Source of the DNA: a virus
Taxonomy: Duplodnaviria > Caudoviricetes
Length of the DNA stretch: 61,997 nt
Reading direction: 5' to 3' (one strand)
Virus record (IMG/VR): IMGVR_UViG_3300035661_000067
Location: 1-61,997 of that record
Below, piece after piece: positions 55,893 through 61,997 of the stretch. A model generated the notes under the pieces. That model worked only from the letters and a program-made list of their open reading frames with translations, was not told the origin of the DNA and searched no databases. Within the stretch, counting starts at the first letter, position 1; each line of letters starts with the position of its first letter. The position numbers and the translations under genes were made by a program.

Positions 55893-56378
55893 TCAGAAGG
55901 GTATTTCGTCGTTCATGCCGTCGCGGTCACGGGCCCCGCCGCGCGACCCGCCCTTGTCATAGTCGCTCTTGTCGCCCGGCTTCCGGTCATACCGGCCCTC
56001 GCGCTGGCCTTCGCCTCCGCCTTCGCGCTTGTCGAGCATGGTCAGGGTGCCCCGATAGGGCCGCAGCACGACCTCGGTCGAGTATTGGTCCTTGCCGTCC
56101 TTGTCCTGCCACTTGCGGGTTTCAAGCTGGCCCTCCAGATACACCAGCGCCCCCTTCTTGAGGTATTGGTCGGCGATCTTCACCAGGTTCTCATCGAGGA
56201 TGCTGATCTTGTGCCACTCGGTGCGATCCTTGCGCTCCCCGGTATTCTTGTCCTTCCACGACTCCGATGTGGCAATGCGAAGATTCGCTACCTGGCCGGA
56301 CCCTCCGGCAAAACTTCTCACCTCGGGGTCTGCTCCGAGGTGTCCGATCAAGATCACTTTATTGACGCTTCCAGCCAT
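55893..56378 (-). CDS. ssb: Single-stranded DNA-binding protein
   Basis: [33 protein letters not shown]-terminal DEIPF. Confidence 0.97.
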   Translation of the reverse strand: MAGSVNKVILIGHLGADPEVRSFAGGSGQVANLRIATSESWKDKNTGERKDRTEWHKISILDENLVKIADQYLKKGALVYLEGQLETRKWQDKDGKDQYSTEVVLRPYRGTLTMLDKREGGGEGQREGRYDRKPGDKSDYDKGGSRGGARDRDGMNDEIPF

Positions 56379-56387
56379 GATGGCCTC

Positions 56388-56663
56388 CTATTTTGGTTTG
56401 AAGACTTCTTTGAGGTTTTCGATCAAGGACAGCGCCAAGGCCCGGCTCTCCCCCCGCTCCACCGCGCCAAGCCGCGCGCTCTGCACCTCGCCATGGCAGG
56501 CAACAGCGATGACGTATTCCTGCCAGTCCGGGTCAAACAAGACGCGAACCGTCGCGTTCACCCCGCACTTCATGCATAGCGGGCGCGGCAGCTTCGGCAG
56601 GTCCGGGGGCTTCTGTGCCGCCTTGAAGGCCGCCTCGTCCCAGATCACGTTCAGTCGTTCCAT
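56388..56663 (-). CDS. Hypothetical protein
   Basis: GAGGA SD; CMKC...CHG. Confidence 0.6.
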   Translation of the reverse strand: MERLNVIWDEAAFKAAQKPPDLPKLPRPLCMKCGVNATVRVLFDPDWQEYVIAVACHGEVQSARLGAVERGESRALALSLIENLKEVFKPK

Positions 56664-57261
56664 CCTCCCCCTCCATCGGGATTGTGCCGGCCTGATCTCC
56701 CCAGCTTGCCCAGCCTGGCCGGTTCGTCCGGCTGAACACCTCGATCCTTCGCGCGCCCGGCATCAACTTCTCGGCGGCGGCGAACGCCTCGGCCGGTTTT
56801 TGGCTATGCCGCAGCAGCCTGGCCTCGATCACCGATCGAACTCCGCGCGTGACGGGGATCTTTGCGCGGTTGCCGCGGCGACCCAGCAGGAATGGCTCGC
56901 CCGCGCTCCGCAAGACATAGCCCGTGCCCATGGCCTGCTTATGCGTGGCCGGGTTGCGCTTCGACCAGTGCCCAGAGGTCACGAAGTCGAACCCCCAGGC
57001 TTTCATCACGTCGAGTTGCTGCGGCAGCATGTTGTTCGTCGCCCAGAGCCAGAGCCAGCAGTCATCGGCGGCCAGCGCATCCAGCGGCAGCGCCTTGATC
57101 CACTCGAACGATTGCGTCTCATAATGCGCGTCGGGGCTCTTCTTGAACCCCTTCGCGGACCATGCAACGTGCTTCCATGGGGGATCGGCCATGATGAGGT
57201 TGAACCCGCCGAACGGGCGCAGGGCGAACCACTCTGCCTGGATCTGCGCCATGGCTTTCAT
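56533..57261 (-). CDS. MT-A70 family adenine methyltransferase
   Basis: IMADPPW, LWLWAT, WGF, GTGY..R...E, HSQKP, EVFSR..RPGW..WGDQ. Confidence 0.92.
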   Translation of the reverse strand: MKAMAQIQAEWFALRPFGGFNLIMADPPWKHVAWSAKGFKKSPDAHYETQSFEWIKALPLDALAADDCWLWLWATNNMLPQQLDVMKAWGFDFVTSGHWSKRNPATHKQAMGTGYVLRSAGEPFLLGRRGNRAKIPVTRGVRSVIEARLLRHSQKPAEAFAAAEKLMPGARRIEVFSRTNRPGWASWGDQAGTIPMEGEDGTTERDLGRGGLQGGTEAPGPAEAAAPAMHEVRGERDGSRLV

Positions 57262-58151
57262 GCGCTCGTGGCCTTCGGCCCGATAGCCCTTTTCAGCTTC
57301 TCGATGCGCGGGCCAAGGTCGCGCAGCAGCGTGGCTATGGCAGCGCCGTCCCGTTCCAGCCGGGCGAAGGCTTCACGCTGTGCCCCGAAGTCATTGGACC
57401 AAGCGGCTAGGCGCACCAGCGCCGCTGCATGCTCAGCCACCAGCGCGGCCAGTTCGTCGTTGCCGCCCTCCGGCCCGAACAGTTCCTCGCGGATTTCCGC
57501 CACCCAGCCGGGCATGACGCCCCCGCCCAGGCTCTCGGCGATGGTCTTGTCGGTTTCGCCGCCGACATACCGGCCAGCGGCGGTGTCGTAGGCAGCGTCG
57601 AGCATGCCGATGATCTGGCGCTTTTCTTCGCGGGTCGGCTGGCGGATGCCTTGAACGTTGGCCGGGGTCGATTCCATGGGTTGTTCCTTCTCAGGTTGAA
57701 CGTTGAGGTGGTAGGCTTCGAGATCGCCTGGCAGGATGCGGATGAGGCGAGAGCCTGGCCCGACACGGGACACCTTCAAGAGGCCCTGCTCTATTGCGCG
57801 GCGCACCGTCTTCGTGGAGCAGCGGTCGATACGCGCCACCTCCTCGATGGTCAGGGTATCGGGGGCATGCGGTGGGGTCTGGCCCTTCTGCCGGGTCTGA
57901 GCCTTTTGCCGGGTATCGGCTTTGTGTTTGACGGCGCAAGCGTGGCAGCGAAGGACGCCCTTGATGAGGGTGAACCCCGCCTTCTTCGCCTTCTCATGCA
58001 CCTGGCCGACATTCGGCTTCCCGGTGCTTCCGGGAACGCCGGGGTTTCGCCCCTCGTATGTGCAGACGAACTCCCGTTCCGCTCCGCAGCAGTCACACAC
58101 GGCCATGGCCTTCGGGATTCTGCCGTATGAATGAGGTAGGGGTTTTATCAT
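57258..58151 (-). CDS. Zn-ribbon + excisionase-type HTH + C-terminal domain protein
   Basis: CDCC...CHAC; LTIEEVA.....STKTVRRAI..G.L; PTREEKR...AYD...TD...FGP. Confidence 0.75.
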   Translation of the reverse strand: MIKPLPHSYGRIPKAMAVCDCCGAEREFVCTYEGRNPGVPGSTGKPNVGQVHEKAKKAGFTLIKGVLRCHACAVKHKADTRQKAQTRQKGQTPPHAPDTLTIEEVARIDRCSTKTVRRAIEQGLLKVSRVGPGSRLIRILPGDLEAYHLNVQPEKEQPMESTPANVQGIRQPTREEKRQIIGMLDAAYDTAAGRYVGGETDKTIAESLGGGVMPGWVAEIREELFGPEGGNDELAALVAEHAAALVRLAAWSNDFGAQREAFARLERDGAAIATLLRDLGPRIEKLKRAIGPKATSA

Positions 58152-58357
58152 GGCGCGGCCTCCAGCTTGGCTTTCACGGCCCTCAGTGCCGCGATGGTTT
58201 CGGTGTAGTGCGTCCAGCCCTTCGGCGTCCGCTTCGGGTCGGCCATGCGGGTGTAGAACGCAATTTGCGCGGTCAGATCCGCGACGGGGCAGGTCTGGCG
58301 CCATGAGCCCTTGACCATGGTGAACCGGGTCCGGTCCTTGTGCAGCAACACCTTCAT
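58148..58357 (-). CDS. Hypothetical protein
   Basis: ATGA-coupled at both ends, 69 aa. Confidence 0.6.
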   Translation of the reverse strand: MKVLLHKDRTRFTMVKGSWRQTCPVADLTAQIAFYTRMADPKRTPKGWTHYTETIAALRAVKAKLEAAP

Positions 58358-58854
58358 GGGCGGAAAACCTTCTTCTTGCGGGCGAGGTCGGCCTCGATCT
58401 CCGCAGGGTCGCGGTCGCCCCAGCCCGCCTCGCGCATGATCTCCAGACGCCGCTCCATCGACACGGGCGGAGGCTTCGGCAACTCCGGGGCCGGAGGCGG
58501 CTTCGGACGCATGCGCGCGGCGTTGGCGCGGGCCTCCATGACCAGCTTGTAGATCGCCCCGGCGTCGGGTCGGTAGAGAACCCCCAGCTTGCTCCGCGCC
58601 CCGGTCTTCTGGTATTCGGCCCATGCCGCGCGCACCTCGTCACGGGCGATCCCGTCCAGCACATCGAGCCAGCCGCGCAACTGGAAGGCGCGCACCTCGT
58701 CCGGCTCATCCTCGCTGACCCAGAATTGGCTCAGGATCGACGTTGCAAGGACGGCGATGCTCCCCCGGTCAACCTTCCCCTGTTGCGAGCCCGATGATCC
58801 TGTTGAGGGTGCCAGCATCCCTCCCCGATCTTGGCCTTCCACTTCGCTGCCCAT
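58354..58854 (-). CDS. Putative replication accessory (helicase-loader-like) protein
   Basis: GAAGGAG SD; WLDVL......EVRAAW.EY...RP; follows the initiator. Confidence 0.55.
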   Translation of the reverse strand: MGSEVEGQDRGGMLAPSTGSSGSQQGKVDRGSIAVLATSILSQFWVSEDEPDEVRAFQLRGWLDVLDGIARDEVRAAWAEYQKTGARSKLGVLYRPDAGAIYKLVMEARANAARMRPKPPPAPELPKPPPVSMERRLEIMREAGWGDRDPAEIEADLARKKKVFRP

Positions 58855-59605
58855 TTCCAACTCCTTCTGGTTCAAAGGCCGGGGCCGAAAGCGCCCCGCT
58901 CAGCTTCCTCATGGCCCCCGTGAAATATCGGAAGTTCGACGGGGGCCCGTCTCCCTTCCGCAGCACTATCGCCTCCACCTCCAGCAGCACCGAGGACTCG
59001 CTCAGGCCGGGAAGCCTCAACCACGCCTCAGCCTCGGCCATGTCGGCCTGCGTCCCCAGCATGTTCCCACCCCTGCCGGTGAGCCCGGACGGGGGAACCC
59101 CCATCGCCACCAGCAACTTCTCTCGCAATGTCGGCCCATCATCGTCATGAGCATGGTCTTCTTTATGGTTCTGGTTCTCTATCTCACGCGCCTGCGCGAG
59201 GGGGTTGTTTTCATTGACTAATATTTCCGTTATCTCAAGATGATCTGAAGATGATGTTGAGATCATCTTCAGATCATCTTCGGATGATCTTGAGATAATC
59301 TTTGGATCGGACTTTTTCCCGCGCGTCTCGGCCAGCACCTCGTCGGCCTTCGGGTTGCTGATGATGTTGTTCTCGATGACCAGCTTGCCGAGCGCCACCA
59401 GTTCCGGGATCACCAGCCCGAGGCCGCGGACGCCCATGCCGAGGTGCCCGGCGATATACTGGCGGTTGTCCGGTAGAGCCCCATCGTGTATGTAGATCAG
59501 GTCGAGCAGCAGCCCATATGGCCCCTTCAACTTGATGCTCATGCCCGCCGTCCCCTCGAAGAGGTCGCGCGGCCTGCGTGGATACCAGGGCAGTCCATTC
59601 GCCAT
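58769..59605 (-). CDS. Replication initiator-like protein (DUF1376/YdaU)
   Basis: LPWY.R.PRD...GT.GM.....G.Y.LLLDL.Y...G.LPD; C-terminal F.YF..A. Confidence 0.8.
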   Translation of the reverse strand: MANGLPWYPRRPRDLFEGTAGMSIKLKGPYGLLLDLIYIHDGALPDNRQYIAGHLGMGVRGLGLVIPELVALGKLVIENNIISNPKADEVLAETRGKKSDPKIISRSSEDDLKMISTSSSDHLEITEILVNENNPLAQAREIENQNHKEDHAHDDDGPTLREKLLVAMGVPPSGLTGRGGNMLGTQADMAEAEAWLRLPGLSESSVLLEVEAIVLRKGDGPPSNFRYFTGAMRKLSGALSAPAFEPEGVGNGQRSGRPRSGRDAGTLNRIIGLATGEG

Positions 59606-59913
59606 CAGTTCGACCGACCCCCCAATTTCAGGCGCGCGATGCGCCGCATGACGGCGGATCGGGACATGCTGAACCTATCGGCGAGGGCGGTGATTGTCAG
59701 GCCGCACCGGTAGGCGAGGGCGAAGTCCTTCTCATTGACCTTGACCTTCGGCTTGGGGCCTGGCCGGCGCATCGGCAGCAGCGCGCCATCGGCGGCGGCC
59801 CGGACTGCATCTTTCGACACACCCATGACGCCCGCGATGTCGTCCAGCGACGAGTTTGTCGGCCATAGCTTCCGCAGGAGGCCGATGTTGACCCCATCAG
59901 AATTTGACGCCAC
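59605..59913 (-). CDS. Double-HTH (GcrA-N-like) protein
   Basis: LRKLW.....LDDIA..MGVSKDAV and GLTITALADRF.MSRSAV..RI.RL.L. Confidence 0.65.
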   Translation of the reverse strand: MASNSDGVNIGLLRKLWPTNSSLDDIAGVMGVSKDAVRAAADGALLPMRRPGPKPKVKVNEKDFALAYRCGLTITALADRFSMSRSAVMRRIARLKLGGRSN

Positions 59914-60496
59914 GGATGTTCCTCCCGATGAAGCTGGGTAGTTTGACCTTGGTCGCCCGTTTCTTCTTGGGTGGTGGATCTTCGGGGCGCCGAGTTAGGA
60001 GCGGCACATCGGCCAGCGGCCAGACCCCGATTTGCGTGTATCCCACGGCGATTCGCGGGTCGTAGGAGACGACGAAGCTGTAGAGCCACTTGTCGTCCGG
60101 GGTAATCCTCATCCGGTGCAGCAGGTCGAAGATCGCCTTGAGCCGGTTGTCGAGGTCCACCGGGTCGATGCCCGCGAAAGTTTCCAGCGCGACCATGATC
60201 CCAGCACAGTAATTCCCAGGGGGCAGCGCCTTGAACCTCATCGAGGGCAACTGCAGCACGATCTCAGTCATCGCCCGATCCTTCCACGCCTCATAGAACG
60301 GCGTGTTGTGCCGGGCTCCATGCTCATCGGATCGCTGCATGTCGTTGGTCGATGGTCCCATGGCGACGATCAGATCCACCCGATCCTGGGGCGGCAGGAT
60401 ACGCGCATGGAAATCCATAATTCGCATCGGCTGTCGCTGAACTTGCATCAACTTCCTCAGCTTGGAGTTTGAACACTGCGGAACAATGGCGGTCAC
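59897..60496 (-). CDS. rusA: RusA-like Holliday junction resolvase (true start may be downstream)
   Basis: PSTN, DLDNRLKAIFDLL......DD. Confidence 0.75.
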   Translation of the reverse strand: MTAIVPQCSNSKLRKLMQVQRQPMRIMDFHARILPPQDRVDLIVAMGPSTNDMQRSDEHGARHNTPFYEAWKDRAMTEIVLQLPSMRFKALPPGNYCAGIMVALETFAGIDPVDLDNRLKAIFDLLHRMRITPDDKWLYSFVVSYDPRIAVGYTQIGVWPLADVPLLTRRPEDPPPKKKRATKVKLPSFIGRNIRGVKF

Positions 60497-60539
60497 TTTG
60501 TGGCATCACCACCCCACGCATACCGCCAGCCTGGCAAAG

Positions 60540-60650
60540 CCGCAAGAAATATCGTGCCGGGTTTGTCTAAAACTGTTTTGAAAGTGGTTTGACACGCCAT
60601 CAGGCATGGAGTATCGCTGAAAGCCATTGTTCTGACATGCGGAGGGAATC
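60540..60650. promoter_or_regulatory. Divergent control region
   Basis: AT-richer intergenic switch between the two arms; TTGACA at 60589-60594 on +. Confidence 0.5.
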
Positions 60651-60653
60651 GCG

Positions 60654-60866
60654 ATGAACATGCCCACCAAGGAAGCCGTCCTCGTGCTGCGCCGCCCGGT
60701 GCCGACCGAAGAGCAAAACCGGCTGTTGGAGAAAGCCTTCAAAAACTTCGGCGCAGATGCGCGCCGCCGCCATCGCCGCAAGATGTTGATCGACATCGGC
60801 ATCACCGCAGCCCTGCTCTGCGGCCTGCTCGGCGTCATCGCCGCGATTGCCTATTCACTCTGGTAA
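60654..60866 (+). CDS. Small membrane protein
   Basis: GGAGG SD; basic patch plus C-terminal TM. Confidence 0.7.
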   Translation: MNMPTKEAVLVLRRPVPTEEQNRLLEKAFKNFGADARRRHRRKMLIDIGITAALLCGLLGVIAAIAYSLW

Positions 60867-61252
60867 TGCGCCAGCCGACCCCCGCTAAAGACCTCTATGC
60901 CTGGCACACGGGCATACTGTCCGGCGACCCTGATACTCAAACCCACGGCGACTGGCCGGAGTGCGGATGGTTCAGGACAAAGCTGGTAAAGGGCGGGCCT
61001 TGGGTTGCGGTCGAGATTCGCATCATACGGGGCATCGACACCGATACCGGAGAACTGGCCTACCCAGAAACGCTTGGCGGGACCATCAACGGAAACCCAC
61101 TTTCTCAAGACGAAATTTTGAAGCTGTGGACGTGGATCAAACCTATCAGTCGAGACGCATATAAGGCCCTTCTCAAGCTGATCTCTGCCACGCCCTCGAT
61201 GCACGACCCCTACCAAATCCTTAACCCGATCAAAGATGGAGCGAAACGATGA
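60866..61252 (+). CDS. Hypothetical protein
   Basis: PECGWFRTKLVKGGPWVAVEI; TAATG coupling. Confidence 0.75.
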   Translation: MRQPTPAKDLYAWHTGILSGDPDTQTHGDWPECGWFRTKLVKGGPWVAVEIRIIRGIDTDTGELAYPETLGGTINGNPLSQDEILKLWTWIKPISRDAYKALLKLISATPSMHDPYQILNPIKDGAKR

Positions 61253-61997
61253 CCGAACCAGCTGCGGGCGACAACGCCCCCCCGACACCCGCCCTCCCCA
61301 CCGCTTATAGCCCGGCATCGCTGGCAGAGGCGAAGAAGCTGCGCGATGACACGGTTCGCCTGGCCGACGATATTATCGCCAAAGGCCCGATCCAGGACGA
61401 CGCGACCTCGCGGGTTGTGACCGACATCAATGGAGCCTTGAGGGCCGCGAAGAGGAAGATCGACGATCTGCGCGCGGAGCAGAAGAGGCCGCACATGGCG
61501 GCGGCCGAGGATGTCCAGAAGACATTCAAGGACATCGAGGATGCCGTGGACAAGGCCATCAAGCGCCTCGCCCCTCTCGCGGCGGCGTGGATCACCAAGG
61601 AGAACGATCGGATCGCTGCCGAGAAGGAGGCGCAGCGCATCGCAGCACAGAAGGCCGAGGCCGACGCCTTTGCCGCTCAGCAGTTGGCCGAGGCCAAGGG
61701 CGACAGCATCGCTATGGCCGAGGCGGAATCGGCGACGAAGGCGGCTGCAAAGATGGTCGCCCAGGCTGAGCGCCCCGCCGATAAGGCGCGGATGGAAAGC
61801 GCGACCGGCGCGGTGCGCTCGATCAGCATGCGGAAGACCAAGACGGCGGTCATCGGCAGTTTCAACGCGGTATATATGCACTTCAAGGATCACCCGGACG
61901 TGATCGAGGTTCTGCAGCGACTCGCCAATGCAGCGGTTCGCTCGCCAGACTGGAAGGAAGGCGACATCAAGTCTGTCACCGTGAACATTACTGAAAC
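61249..61997 (+). CDS. Coiled-coil recombination-module protein, wraps the origin and stops at 143-145
   Basis: GGAG SD, ATG 61249 (MTEPAAGDNAPP...KIDDLRAEQKRPH...ETPV); open to the window end and completed through the terminal repeat. Confidence 0.8.
   Translation, partial: MTEPAAGDNAPPTPALPTAYSPASLAEAKKLRDDTVRLADDIIAKGPIQDDATSRVVTDINGALRAAKRKIDDLRAEQKRPHMAAAEDVQKTFKDIEDAVDKAIKRLAPLAAAWITKENDRIAAEKEAQRIAAQKAEADAFAAQQLAEAKGDSIAMAEAESATKAAAKMVAQAERPADKARMESATGAVRSISMRKTKTAVIGSFNAVYMHFKDHPDVIEVLQRLANAAVRSPDWKEGDIKSVTVNITE
61863..61997. repeat. Terminal direct repeat, right copy
   Basis: Matches 1-135 with one synonymous mismatch. Confidence 0.95.

Noticed and set aside
7482-57591. Many long plus-strand ORFs (e.g. 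11254-13020, 22897-25077, 25096-27441, 48039-49526)
   Set aside because: Antisense shadows of high-GC3 genes; no motifs or SD

Overview
The window is an apparently complete, circularly permuted ~61.9 kb high-GC tailed phage genome: positions 1-135 repeat at 61863-61997. It is podovirus-like with an N4-gp56-type major capsid protein. The host is probably an alphaproteobacterium (Rhodobacterales-like), inferred from GapR/DUF2312, a VPLPA-CTERM signal and a ChvI/CtrA-like domain. Layout: a rightward recombination/early arm (60654 through the origin to 5928), a leftward replication arm (DUF1376, RusA, MT-A70, SSB), a small-gene early cluster, packaging/head genes, tail genes, ejection proteins, a 5967-aa DarB-like polyvalent protein and a lysis cassette. 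No integrase, clear repressor or DNA polymerase was recognised. Top finding: the giant gene carries three same-strand, +1-frame nested genes overprinted on its Gly/Pro-rich linkers, two with strong Shine-Dalgarno sites and all with gene-like codon usage. Other notable items are a 92-aa mimic of the capsid N-terminus, a non-canonical tRNA(CAT) convergent with a KTSC gene, a CsrA-like gene next to AUGA-loop hairpins in the capsid leader, and a VPLPA-CTERM protein fused in frame to an HNH nuclease. All family assignments are by eye from motifs; no database searches were run.
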